DNA of 64,000 nt from Minisyncoccota bacterium (GCA_041661645.1 JBAZUA010000002.1:97944-161943); one strand, 5' to 3'; counted from the first letter of the stretch, positions 29,441 to 39,028 are shown. Program-made: numbers and translations. Notes: generated by a model not told the origin, from the letters alone.

Positions 29441-31183
29441 TTAGCTTATTTTTCTCGACGCCTCTTCTAACAGGGTCTTGGTTGCTTCTTCGATGCTCAT
29501 CTGCCCAATCTGCCCCTTGTCGCGGGACTCGAGGGTGACCTTGCCCGCCTCGATGTCCTTGTCGCCGATGATTATGGTGTAGGGAACCTTCATGTCCTTG
29601 GCGCCGCGTATTTTCTTTCCAAAGCCGGCAGGCGAGAGGTCGAGGTCGACGCGGATACCTGCCATCTTAAGCACCTCGGCAGCCTTTGTCGCGTGAGCGT
29701 CATGATCCTCGCGGACAGGTATGACCTTCACTTGCACGGGAGCGAGCCAGAGGGGGAAATTGCCGCCAGTGTGCTCGATGAGGATAGAGAGGAATCGTTC
29801 GAGTGATCCCATGATTGCCGCATGAATCATGACGATGCGCTCCTTCTCGCCCTTGTCGTTCACGCAGGTGAGGTCGAATCGCTCGGGCATGTTCATGTCG
29901 AGCTGTATCGTGGCGACCTGCCATTCTCGGCCGATCGAGTCGCTTGCCATGAAGTCGAGCTTTGGGCCATAGAACGCGGCCTCGCCGGGTCCGTCGATGG
30001 CGTCAACCTTCTTCTCGGTCAGTATTTCGCGCAGGAGATTCTCCGCGATGTCCCAGTTGGCCGCACTGCCGAGGTACTTGTCGGTCGCGGCGGGGTCTCG
30101 GCGCGAGAGGCGAACCTTGAGGTCGAATCCGAAGACGGGGTAGAACTCATGGATGACGTCCCAGATCTTGAGGAACTCGGCCTTCACGTCGGTCATGCGG
30201 CAGAAGACGTGGGCGTCATCCTGCGAGAAGGCTCGCGTGCGGGAAAGGCCCGAGAGCTCGCCGGTCTGCTCGTCGCGGTAGCAGGCGGTGGTATTGGCGT
30301 ATCGCTGGGGAAGCTCGCGATAGCTCCACTGCTTGCGGGCGTAGATCTGGGTGTGATGAGGGCAGTTCATCGGCTTCATGGCGAACTCGTGTCCCTCGCG
30401 GGTCTTTATCTTGAAGAGGTCGTCCTGGTACTTGTCCCAGTGTCCCGAGGTTATATAGAGGTCTTTTTTTGTGATGTGGGGGATCTCGACGCGCTCGTAG
30501 CCATGTTTCGCGCGGAGCGACCAGACGAAGTCATCGAGGAGATTACGGACAATGGTGCCCTTTGGGGTCCAGAGGGGGAGTCCCGCGCCGACGAGGTCCG
30601 AGAAGGTGAAGAGGTCGAGGGCGGGGCCGAGCACCTTGTGGTCTCGTTTTTTAGCCTCGGCTATCTGGGCCTGATACGCGTCGAGTTCCTCCTTGCTGTT
30701 GAAGGCGAGGCCGTAAATGCGGGTGAGCATGGAGTTCTTCTCGTCACCGCGCCAGTATGCGCCGGCGACTCGTTCGAGCTTGAATCCGTCGAGCGGCATC
30801 TCGCGCGGGTCTGCGTGTCCGCCTCGGCAGAGGTCGACGAATTCGCCGGATTTATAGAGTGTTATCTCCTCGCCTTTGGCCAGGATGCCCTCGATGAGCT
30901 CGAGCTTGTAGGGATTGTTCGCGAACATCGCTTTCGCCTCGTCGGGGGTGGCGACTATCTTCTCGAAGCCCTTCCAGTGGGGGAGGAGCTTTCGCATGTT
31001 CGACTCTATCTTGAGGAATTCCTTCTCGGATGGCTTGTTGTCGGGGGCGAACTCGAAGTCGTAGTAGAAGCCGTTGTCAATCGCTGGGCCGATGGTGTTT
31101 TTGGCGCCTGGATACATCTTCTCTATGGCCGCGGCCAGAAGGTGTGCGAACGAGTGTCGAATGTCGGGGAGTGATGAGGGCAT
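29441..31183 (-). CDS. thrS: Threonyl-tRNA synthetase
   Basis: RHSFAHLL, DLCRGGH, KPMNCPHH, AAFYGPKLDF, GSLERF. Confidence 0.97.
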   Translation of the reverse strand: MPSSLPDIRHSFAHLLAAAIEKMYPGAKNTIGPAIDNGFYYDFEFAPDNKPSEKEFLKIESNMRKLLPHWKGFEKIVATPDEAKAMFANNPYKLELIEGILAKGEEITLYKSGEFVDLCRGGHADPREMPLDGFKLERVAGAYWRGDEKNSMLTRIYGLAFNSKEELDAYQAQIAEAKKRDHKVLGPALDLFTFSDLVGAGLPLWTPKGTIVRNLLDDFVWSLRAKHGYERVEIPHITKKDLYITSGHWDKYQDDLFKIKTREGHEFAMKPMNCPHHTQIYARKQWSYRELPQRYANTTACYRDEQTGELSGLSRTRAFSQDDAHVFCRMTDVKAEFLKIWDVIHEFYPVFGFDLKVRLSRRDPAATDKYLGSAANWDIAENLLREILTEKKVDAIDGPGEAAFYGPKLDFMASDSIGREWQVATIQLDMNMPERFDLTCVNDKGEKERIVMIHAAIMGSLERFLSILIEHTGGNFPLWLAPVQVKVIPVREDHDAHATKAAEVLKMAGIRVDLDLSPAGFGKKIRGAKDMKVPYTIIIGDKDIEAGKVTLESRDKGQIGQMSIEEATKTLLEEASRKIS

Positions 31184-31226
31184 GTGATGGGTGATGAGTT
31201 GTTTTTGATAAAGTCCCTGAGGGGAT

Positions 31227-31388
31227 AAAAAAGCGCCCTAGTGAATGCACGAAAATTCGTGAACTCACTAGGGCGATCTTGCGTCGCGGTTCCACCTAGC
31301 TTTGGTCTCTTTCGAAACGACTCAGATTAGGGCTTGATTCCTCGGCCTTTCGGCGCGCCCCTGATTGGTGGTCAGGGCAATCTCTGGT
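31227..31388 (-). promoter_or_regulatory. T-box riboswitch leader of thrS with transcription terminator
   Basis: Minus strand AAAGCTAGGTGGAACCGCG (31303-31285) matches the T-box consensus; antiterminator CTAGG/CCTAG; terminator CGCCCTAGTGA..TCACTAGGGCG-CTTTTTT. Confidence 0.85.
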
Positions 31389-31616
31389 GGGTACATGGTA
31401 GCGGGTTTGGGCGTTTTGGTCAAATGGCTCAAAGAAAAGGCCCGGTGTTTTGCAACACCAGGCCTCCCGATCGGCGATCTAGTCCGACCTTGAAACGCGC
31501 GATACGTGTATCAAGGGCATGCGTAGATCATTAGCGGGTGCTCTAATGATGTTTTTTAGATTTTATTTACCTGATTTATCGGCGGCACGTGATATGTTTT
31601 TCATATTAACACTTTA

Positions 31617-31949
31617 ATGGAATTAACCAGAAAAAACATGGTGAAAGATACGCCAATGGGCAACGTGCTGACCGTCGATGTTTTCTTTGCGGGCATGGAT
31701 AGCGTGAGGACTGAACTCGGGGGAAAGATAGGTGCCTTGGATCAGAAATTGAGCGGCCGAATAGATTCTCTGGAGAAAAGACTTGATAGTAGGATAGACG
31801 CGCTCGAGTCGAAAATGATGGAAGGTTTTACTGCTCTGGATAAGAAAACTGATATCGTGGAACGTGGGGCAGAGCAGCGCGATAGGGTTCTTTCATCACA
31901 GATTCAGCACATGGCCTTTTCCAAGGCTGATTGGAACGATATCGTGTAA
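31617..31949 (+). CDS. Coiled-coil repeat hypothetical protein
   Basis: Repeated (K/R)I(G/D)(A/S)L(D/E) 11-residue units. Confidence 0.7.
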   Translation: MELTRKNMVKDTPMGNVLTVDVFFAGMDSVRTELGGKIGALDQKLSGRIDSLEKRLDSRIDALESKMMEGFTALDKKTDIVERGAEQRDRVLSSQIQHMAFSKADWNDIV

Positions 31950-31993
31950 AGAAAAAGGGCGCGACGTGTGAGCGTCGCGCCCCAATCGGTGAT

Positions 31994-32182
31994 CTATACT
32001 GGATTCCTCCAGACCGATTTTAGAAGCGCGCGATATTGCTTGACTGGGGGCATGCCTAGATCAACTACGGTGCCCGCATGAGGCTTCCTCGCGCTCTTTC
32101 CAGGGTTGCCGCGCGTGGTGCGGATCTGGTCTGACCTTGTTGTGGCTATTCCCGTGCACGGGAATTCCGTTTGTGCAATCAT
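31994..32182 (-). CDS. Possible small hypothetical protein
   Basis: 62 aa ORF downstream of dnaE before a hairpin; no motif. Confidence 0.3.
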   Translation of the reverse strand: MIAQTEFPCTGIATTRSDQIRTTRGNPGKSARKPHAGTVVDLGMPPVKQYRALLKSVWRNPV

Positions 32183-32220
32183 CCGGATTCTTGGCCGGTG
32201 GAACAGTTATATCACGACCA

Positions 32221-35200
32221 TTACTGCAATGCCATGAAGTTGTCGATGAGTATCGACGCCTCGCCATTCCTGTCCGAGAGCTTTCCCTTAACCGCCACGA
32301 GCTTGTCGGGGATGATGAGGGCCTTCCATCGTGCGAAGGTCTTTGGAAACGCCACGGCCTCTATGGTTCCGGTGAGATCCGCCACCCGCAGGAATGCCAT
32401 GTCCTCGCCCTTCTTGGTCTTGATGACGCGGACTTCTTCAATGATACAGCCGATGACTATGGTCGCCTCGGTGAGCTTCTTCTCCTCGGCGATGGTCTTT
32501 GCGACCTGGGCCTTGATGGTCGAGACGTTGACCGGCCTCTTGGCCAATATCTCCCTGTATTTGTCGAGAGGGTGTCCCGAGATGTAGAGGCCGAGCAGTT
32601 CCTTTTCCCAGAGCAGCTTCTCGTGCAGGGTGATCGGCTGAACCGCATCGAGGCGTATGTCATCCGAGCCGGCAATGCCGCCGAAGAGCGAGTCCTGATT
32701 GTCGCCCGCCTTCACCTTCTCCTTATTGTATTCAAGCAGGCGGTCAATGTTGCCATACATGGTCGTCCTGTCAGCGAACTCGTCCATGGCCCCGCACTTG
32801 ATGAGCGATTCGAGGGATTTCTTGTTGAGGTTCTTGTCCTTGATGCGGCCCAGGAAATCCGAGAGTGACTTGAACTTTCCCCCGCGTGCGCGCTCGTCGA
32901 TGATGACCTTGGCGATGCCCTCGCCGAAGTTCTTGATGGAGTTCAGCCCGAAGCGGATGCTGTCGTGTCCCGTCGTGCCGTCCTCGCCTATCTTTCCCTT
33001 GATGAGGGCGAACTTCTCGAAGCTCTCGTTGACCGATGGGGGAAGCACGGGGATGTCCAGGCGCTTTGACTCAACGATGGATTCCGCAATCTTATCCACG
33101 TCGCCCGCCTCGTGGATCATGATGGCCGTCATGTATTCGCCGGGGTAATTGGCCTTGAGGTATGCGGTCTGGTATGCCACGCGACCGTATGACACGGAAT
33201 GGGCCTTGTTGAATCCGTATGCCGCGAACGGCTCGATCCATGACCAGATCTGCTTCGCCTTCTTCTCGGGCCACTTGCTGTGCTCGATGCAGCCGTGGAT
33301 GAACTTCTCCTTCTGGGCGGCCATCTCCTCGGGAATCTTCTTTCCCACGGCTTTTCGGAACTTGTCCACCTCGCCCCAGGAATATCCCGCGAGCTTGTTC
33401 GCCATCATGAGGAGGTCGTCCTGATAGACGAGGATTCCGTAGGTCTTCTCGAGGATTGGCTTGAGGGCGGGGTCGAGATAGGTGATGAGGGACGGATTGT
33501 GCTTTCGCTCGATGTACTGGGGGATGAACTGGATTGGGCCCGGGCGATAGAGCGCCACCATCGCGTTGATGTCGTGAATGGTCGACGGACGCAGCTCCTT
33601 GAGATGCTTGGTCATTCCTTCGCCGTTCAGCTGGAACAGGTCGGACGTCTCGCCTCGGGCGAGCATCTCGTAGGTCTTCTTGTCGTCGACGGGCATGGTG
33701 TCGAGGTCTATCTCGACGCCGTGATTTCTCTTTATGAAGGCCAGGGCGTCGGCGATGATGGAAAGGTTCTTCAGTCCGAGGAAGTCGAACTTGAGCAGGC
33801 CCGCCTCCTCGATCGAGTACATGTCGTACTGGGATATGATTTTGTTTTCGCCCTTGGTGTCATACTGGAGGGCGGTGAAATCGGTAAGGGCGGTGGGGGA
33901 TATGACCACTCCCGCGGCGTGGACTCCCATTTGCCGTGCGCACCCCTCGATCTTCTTTGCGAGGTCGATGATGCGCTTGGTGTCGGCGTCCTTTTTGTAT
34001 AACTCGGCGAGTTCGGGTGTGGTCTCGATGGCCGTGTCTATGGTCATGGGGAATCCCTGCGAGCCGAGCGGGATGAGGGCCGAGAGCTTGTTGCCCATCT
34101 CGACGGGGTATCCCAGGGCACGGGTGACGTCGCGCACCGATCCCTTGGCGGCCATGGTGCCGAAGGTTCCGATCTGGGCTACCTTGTCCGCGCCGTATTT
34201 GGCACGGGCGTAGTCGATCATCTCATCGCGGCGATCGTCGGCGAAGTCCATGTCGATGTCGGGGGCTGATGGTCGGTCGGGGTTGAGGAATCGCTCGAAG
34301 GGTATCTCGTATTCGAGGGGGTCGATGTTTGTGATGCCGGAAAGATAGGTGACCATGGATCCGGAGACCGATCCTCTGATGTTCGAGAGTATGCCGTGCG
34401 AGCGGGCATATTTGAGGAGGTCCGCCACGATGAGGAAGTACGGCGAGTATCCCTTGTTCTTGATGACCTCGAGCTCGTATTCGACGCGCTTGAGGATCGG
34501 CTCGCTTTGCTCAACCTTTCTCTTTGCGAATCCCTCGTACACGACCTTGCGCAGGGCGCTGTCTGGCGTCTCGCCTTCGGGAAGTTTAAAGTCGGGAAAC
34601 ACCCATTTGCCGAGCTCTATCCTGAACTCGCATTCATTGGCGATCTTCTCGGTGTTGGCGATGGCCTCGGGAGTGTCGCGGAAGTACTGGCGGGCCTTCT
34701 CGTCCGAAATAAAGGAAAAGTCGGCGATGTCGTCATCGCTGATGCGGTCGTCGCCCGACGAGTTCACGAGCATGAGGGTCTGTTGCGCCGGCTTGTCCTC
34801 GGGATTGATGTAATAGACGTTCGCGCCGGCAACCAATGGCACGCCCGTCCTCTTTGACACTTCCTTGGTGCGCTCCATGATGGTCTCGTGGCCGTCTATG
34901 TCGGGATGATGGGTGATTTCAAGGTAGAAGTCGGATCCGTACACGTTCTTGTACCAAAAGGCGATGTCGCAGGCCTTCTCGATGTCGTTTCCCTGAAGGG
35001 CCATGGAGAGATCTCCGTTGAAGGCCGAGGCGATGGCGACAATGCCGTCCTTGTGCTTCTCGATGAGCTCCTTGTCGATGCGGGGCTTGTAGTAGAAGCC
35101 CTCGAGGTATCCCTTGGTCACGAGCTGGACGAGGTTCTGGTAGCCGACCTCGTTCTTGGCGAGGAGTATCAGTCGGGTGCGACGCGAGTCGATGCCGGAC

Positions 35201-35436
35201 TGCTTGTCATGGCGGGTTCGGGACGCGACATAGGCGTCGATGCCGATGATCGGCTTGATGCCCGCCTTCTTGCAGGCCTTGTAGAACTCGATGGCGCCGT
35301 AGATGTTGGCGTTGTCGGTGAGGGCGAGGGCCGTCGCGCCGTCGGCCTTGGCGGCATCCACGAGGTCGTCTATCTTGGGCAGGGCGGCCAAGAGGGAATA
35401 GTGCGAGTGGGTGTGGAGGTGGGTGAAGCGGGCCAT
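32221..35436 (-). CDS. dnaE: DNA polymerase III alpha subunit
   Basis: PHP HLHTHSHYS, FERFLNPDR..PDIDMDF, KFDFLGL, YGFNKAH, C-terminal OB fold. Confidence 0.97.
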   Translation of the reverse strand: MARFTHLHTHSHYSLLAALPKIDDLVDAAKADGATALALTDNANIYGAIEFYKACKKAGIKPIIGIDAYVASRTRHDKQSGIDSRRTRLILLAKNEVGYQNLVQLVTKGYLEGFYYKPRIDKELIEKHKDGIVAIASAFNGDLSMALQGNDIEKACDIAFWYKNVYGSDFYLEITHHPDIDGHETIMERTKEVSKRTGVPLVAGANVYYINPEDKPAQQTLMLVNSSGDDRISDDDIADFSFISDEKARQYFRDTPEAIANTEKIANECEFRIELGKWVFPDFKLPEGETPDSALRKVVYEGFAKRKVEQSEPILKRVEYELEVIKNKGYSPYFLIVADLLKYARSHGILSNIRGSVSGSMVTYLSGITNIDPLEYEIPFERFLNPDRPSAPDIDMDFADDRRDEMIDYARAKYGADKVAQIGTFGTMAAKGSVRDVTRALGYPVEMGNKLSALIPLGSQGFPMTIDTAIETTPELAELYKKDADTKRIIDLAKKIEGCARQMGVHAAGVVISPTALTDFTALQYDTKGENKIISQYDMYSIEEAGLLKFDFLGLKNLSIIADALAFIKRNHGVEIDLDTMPVDDKKTYEMLARGETSDLFQLNGEGMTKHLKELRPSTIHDINAMVALYRPGPIQFIPQYIERKHNPSLITYLDPALKPILEKTYGILVYQDDLLMMANKLAGYSWGEVDKFRKAVGKKIPEEMAAQKEKFIHGCIEHSKWPEKKAKQIWSWIEPFAAYGFNKAHSVSYGRVAYQTAYLKANYPGEYMTAIMIHEAGDVDKIAESIVESKRLDIPVLPPSVNESFEKFALIKGKIGEDGTTGHDSIRFGLNSIKNFGEGIAKVIIDERARGGKFKSLSDFLGRIKDKNLNKKSLESLIKCGAMDEFADRTTMYGNIDRLLEYNKEKVKAGDNQDSLFGGIAGSDDIRLDAVQPITLHEKLLWEKELLGLYISGHPLDKYREILAKRPVNVSTIKAQVAKTIAEEKKLTEATIVIGCIIEEVRVIKTKKGEDMAFLRVADLTGTIEAVAFPKTFARWKALIIPDKLVAVKGKLSDRNGEASILIDNFMALQ

Positions 35437-35495
35437 GTCTGTAGAGTATATCAAAACCCATTGCATGTCGCAGTCTGGCATATATAATGAAAATG

Positions 35496-35993
35496 ATGTC
35501 CAACAGGCGAAAAGGCTTCACCTTCATCGAGCTCCTCGTGGTCATTTCGATCATCGCGCTTCTATCGAGCGTCATATTGGCTTCCCTGGGCAACGCGCGC
35601 GAGAAGGCCCGGGTCCGCGCCGCCCAAGAGACAATCCTTCAAATGGTAAAGGCGGTCGAGGTCGCCCGAAACGACACAGGGCAGACCCTGCTGCAGCTGA
35701 CCGGAAGCGGCTGCACCAGATGCGGAAGTCCCCAAAATGTCGCGCTCAAGAACTCTCTCACGGCGATCATCTCGAAAGGGGGTGGTGTCTATAAGGGGAT
35801 CGAGTCCAGTGTCTATGATTCATGGGGAAGTGTCTATTGGCTGGACGAGAACGAGAATGAGGGTGGTTCGACCGATTGTAGGCGTGACTCCCTCTCGACA
35901 ACCAATTTGAAGATTTATTATTATTTTTCCTACGCCACGACGTACTGCAAGGCCCACCCGACAGGGGTTGAGGGGTGGGTTATTGCGCCCTAA
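35496..35993 (+). CDS. Type IV pilin-like protein
   Basis: KGFTFIELLVVISIIALL N-methylation motif; four Cys in the variable domain. Confidence 0.9.
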   Translation: MSNRRKGFTFIELLVVISIIALLSSVILASLGNAREKARVRAAQETILQMVKAVEVARNDTGQTLLQLTGSGCTRCGSPQNVALKNSLTAIISKGGGVYKGIESSVYDSWGSVYWLDENENEGGSTDCRRDSLSTTNLKIYYYFSYATTYCKAHPTGVEGWVIAP

Positions 35994-36022
35994 TTGACAA
36001 AATAATGTCTCGGGAGTAGCAT
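35994..36022 (+). promoter_or_regulatory. Sigma70-type promoter for the putative ncRNA
   Basis: TTGACA-17 nt-TAGCAT. Confidence 0.65.
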
Positions 36023-36028
36023 CTCCTT

Positions 36029-36413
36029 TGGGACAGTTCTACGAAGAAAGATGTTAATCGATTCCCCTCTCTCGGTCGGACTGGGAGTAACGGGAACAGC
36101 CTAAACCGTGCTCTTCAGCACGGGGTTCATAGGGAGCCATCAACGCGCAAGCGTTTCGAATTGATACTGGGCAGGTGAACCCTAATCAAAGGCCCACCCT
36201 GAGTACGACGGCGAAAGCATGTCGGAACACATCCGGAATTAAGGCTGGAGTACCGTGCTTCGCACGGTATCTCCCAGAGCACGCTCCCAATGGGGGCACA
36301 ATAAGCCAGTTCACGAACTATACCCTCCGTGTTGTATACGCAGGGGAGATAATGGCGAAAGACAGTGCTTGGCAAGCCCGAAAGCTGATAAGGCTAAACG
36401 AAAAATTGTCCTA
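36029..36413 (+). ncRNA. Putative large structured non-coding RNA, unclassified
   Basis: Promoter upstream, 10-bp closing helix TGGGACAGTT/AATTGTCCTA, many hairpins with GNRA-like loops, terminator immediately after, no credible ORF. Confidence 0.6.
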
Positions 36414-36415
36414 TC

Positions 36416-36446
36416 GTGCCGCTTCTCAACGAGGCGGCACTTTTTT
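36416..36446 (+). terminator. Intrinsic terminator
   Basis: GTGCCGCTTC-TCAAC-GAGGCGGCAC-TTTTTT. Confidence 0.85.
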
Positions 36447-36463
36447 ATTGTATAATGCCTCCA

Positions 36464-36922
36464 ATGAACATCAGGCTTCTTACAAAGAGGGATGTTGCCG
36501 CCGCGGCCGCGATCGTCGGCAGGAACTATTCGAAGGAATACGAGAAGTCCTCGACTCTCGAGATACAGAGCATGTTCGGCGACTCTGCTGTGAGCCCTGT
36601 CTATTACGGTGCAGAGGAGGGTGGTCAGCTTGTCGGCTTTGCCGGGTATATCCAGTCGTGGATGGACTATTACATCTATCAGATATTCTGGGTGAATGTG
36701 CTTCCCGAGTTTCAGGGGCGGGGAATAGGCAAAAAGCTTGTGGCTACTCTCATTGATGAGATACGAAAGGATAAGAAGGCCGCGCTCATACAGATCACGG
36801 TGACGCCCGAGAACATAGACTTCTACAAGAAGCATTTTGATTTCAAGATCATCGAACCCTTTGGCGAACCGACCGAGTATCTTATGTCACTCAATTTAGG
36901 AAAGAGCTCCAGCCATCAATAG
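36464..36922 (+). CDS. GNAT family N-acetyltransferase
   Basis: VLPEFQGRGIGKKL acetyl-CoA motif, FYKKHFDF. Confidence 0.88.
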   Translation: MNIRLLTKRDVAAAAAIVGRNYSKEYEKSSTLEIQSMFGDSAVSPVYYGAEEGGQLVGFAGYIQSWMDYYIYQIFWVNVLPEFQGRGIGKKLVATLIDEIRKDKKAALIQITVTPENIDFYKKHFDFKIIEPFGEPTEYLMSLNLGKSSSHQ

Positions 36923-36943
36923 TTTGGTATAATTACGTCACAT

Positions 36944-37465
36944 ATGTTCGAATCATTCAGATCAGGGCAGGAGGAAAGGGTTGAGAGCATGGAGGAGGTC
37001 TTTGCGAAAAACAAGGAGGAGGCATCGCGTTTCGTGGAGGCTCAGATAGAGGCGGATGACCGAGAGATAGACAAAGGCGTTTTCAATCTGGTCGTAAAAC
37101 TTAATCAGTTGCCTTTTCTCTACACCTCCTCCATCGGATCGTGCGAGGGACATCTCAGGCTACGGCCGGGCGCAACGCATGGAAGGTTCACTGCGGGATA
37201 TGTGCACATTCAGGTTGACGATTCGGACGAAGCGATGAGGTTTGTGGATGGAATAAGGGAGATTGTCGCCAGGCACCCAAAATCCAGGATGAAAGATGAA
37301 AGGGATGACCCGAAGTGGGGAGGCATCGGAATAGATTTTTATGCTATCGATAATAGCTACCACGTCAATCTTCCGAGGGAGGAGGCTATTCAGGCAGAGG
37401 TGGACGGCAAGGAAATGATATCGGAAATGGAAGCTCTGGCTGAGGCCTTTCTGGCCTCAAAATAA
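36944..37465 (+). CDS. Hypothetical protein, weak TYW3-like N-terminal motif
   Basis: IDKGVFNLVVKLN...YTSS..SCEGH. Confidence 0.65.
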   Translation: MFESFRSGQEERVESMEEVFAKNKEEASRFVEAQIEADDREIDKGVFNLVVKLNQLPFLYTSSIGSCEGHLRLRPGATHGRFTAGYVHIQVDDSDEAMRFVDGIREIVARHPKSRMKDERDDPKWGGIGIDFYAIDNSYHVNLPREEAIQAEVDGKEMISEMEALAEAFLASK

Positions 37466-37528
37466 AGGACGGAGTGTCTTTGACATGATGCTGTTGTTTG
37501 TGGTATTTTCCGATACAAACTAGCATCT

Positions 37529-38014
37529 ATGAAAATTAAATATTGCCTCTATGCAGTCAGCCTTGTCTTTGGGGTCGACTTTCTCATCGGCATGAACATC
37601 GTGGCGGACACGGTGGCCAATAAGTATAAAGGTTCGCAGGGTGTTTTATTCGATATCTTTCTGGTCAGCCTGTCCCTCACCGTCTTGTGCCTTTTCTCTG
37701 GAATCGTTCAGTGGATAAGCGAATATAGCGAAACCCCCCATACGAGCGGCATCTACGAGTTCCTTATGAAGGTCAGGGCTCCCGAATACGACGCCCTTGC
37801 GGAAGGTGTGACATTGAAGGGCGATTGGCAGAGTGATGTTCCGTTGATTTTCCGGGAGAGGGAGATCAGCGGAATCGTCTGCGACGAGGAGGTCGTCGGC
37901 GTGGTGGAGCGGCAGAGATTTGTCGTTACTGTTTCTACCAAGAGGGCACTCAGAATGTTTCGACGCTGTGCCGGGCCGAATGTCATTGTGGTTGATGTTT
38001 CGTCTTTTACATGA
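37529..38014 (+). CDS. Orphan membrane protein
   Basis: Two TMs; TTGACA at 37480; downstream hairpin. Confidence 0.6.
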   Translation: MKIKYCLYAVSLVFGVDFLIGMNIVADTVANKYKGSQGVLFDIFLVSLSLTVLCLFSGIVQWISEYSETPHTSGIYEFLMKVRAPEYDALAEGVTLKGDWQSDVPLIFREREISGIVCDEEVVGVVERQRFVVTVSTKRALRMFRRCAGPNVIVVDVSSFT

Positions 38015-38079
38015 GTATGGGGCGCCGTTCACGAAGCGAACGGCGCCCTTTTATTTGTATCGAATGTTACACTGTGAGC

Positions 38080-38685
38080 GTGAAAACCCCTGTTTATGTT
38101 GTTGGCATAGACGAAGTGGGCCGCGGCCCTCTGGCTGGCCCCGTGACGGTATGCGCCTGTATGGTGCCGGGCGATTTTGATATGGGGAAGTTTGCGGGCA
38201 TAAGGGATTCCAAGAAGCTCACGCCAAAGAAAAGGGAAGAGTGGTTCGTGGCGATATCCGCGATGAAGGAGCGCGGGGAGCTTGATTTCGCCTTCACCTC
38301 GATTCCCGCGGGCGAGATAGATGCAATCGGCATCGCAGTCGCCATTCAAAAGGCTCTCGACACGTCGCTTGCGGCGGTCGCCTCTGCGGCGAAGGTTAGC
38401 CCGTCTGACGTGTCCGTGATGCTCGACGGATCGCTTCACGCTCCGGCCACCTTCATCCATCAGGAGACCATCATAAAGGGTGACGAGAAGATTCCCGTCA
38501 TCAGCGCCGCGTCGATCGTGGCAAAGGTCACGCGCGACCGCTTTATGGACGAGATGGCGGTCGCGCATCCGGGATACGGCCTCGAAAGGCACAAGGGATA
38601 CGGCACGGCAGCACATTGTGCCGCCATACGGAAGCTCGGGCCGTCACCCATTCATCGCAGGAGCTTTCTTCGTAATTTCCTTTAG
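38080..38685 (+). CDS. rnhB: Ribonuclease HII
   Basis: GIDEVGRGPLAGPV, DSKKL, KGD..ISAASIVAKVTRD, HKGYGT, HRRSF. Confidence 0.96.
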   Translation: MKTPVYVVGIDEVGRGPLAGPVTVCACMVPGDFDMGKFAGIRDSKKLTPKKREEWFVAISAMKERGELDFAFTSIPAGEIDAIGIAVAIQKALDTSLAAVASAAKVSPSDVSVMLDGSLHAPATFIHQETIIKGDEKIPVISAASIVAKVTRDRFMDEMAVAHPGYGLERHKGYGTAAHCAAIRKLGPSPIHRRSFLRNFL

Positions 38686-38733
38686 TCAGGTGGGGATATT
38701 GCCTTTTCCCCATATTTTGCTATAGTGTTCCGC

Positions 38734-38955
38734 ATGGTTATACGAATGCGACACACGCGGGCTCATACGGGAAACAGGCGCTCTCATCACGCGCTCAAGA
38801 ATCCGTCGATCACCGCAGACAAGGACGGCGCCGTTCACCTTCGACATCGTGCGAGCGCGACCACTGGTAAGTACAAGGGTATTTCCGTGATCAATCTCGA
38901 CAAGAAGATCGCTCGAAAGGAGAAGAAGGCGAAGGCGGCAACCGCCGCTCGATAG
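38734..38955 (+). CDS. rpmF: 50S ribosomal protein L32 (Zn-free)
   Basis: RRSHHAL, HLRHRA...GKYKG. Confidence 0.85.
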   Translation: MVIRMRHTRAHTGNRRSHHALKNPSITADKDGAVHLRHRASATTGKYKGISVINLDKKIARKEKKAKAATAAR

Positions 38956-39028
38956 TCCGTGCTCTTATGTCTGGCTTGTACCGCCCACAAGGGATAAGGT
39001 AAAAGTCGGGAATCAGAGAACGAACATT

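Noticed and set aside
36029-36413. RNase P, tmRNA or group I intron identity for the large RNA
   Set aside because: No GAGGAAAGTCC/CGGCTTA pair and no tRNA-like ends. AACGGGAA and GTTCACGAACTA resemble group I P/R elements, but I found no matching S element or flanking exons. Not excluded without cmscan.
36127-36835. ORFs 36127-36375(-), 36175-36756(+), 36255-36455(+) and 36311-36835(-)
   Set aside because: No motifs; they overlap the structured region, cross the terminator or overlap the GNAT gene, so non-coding is the better reading
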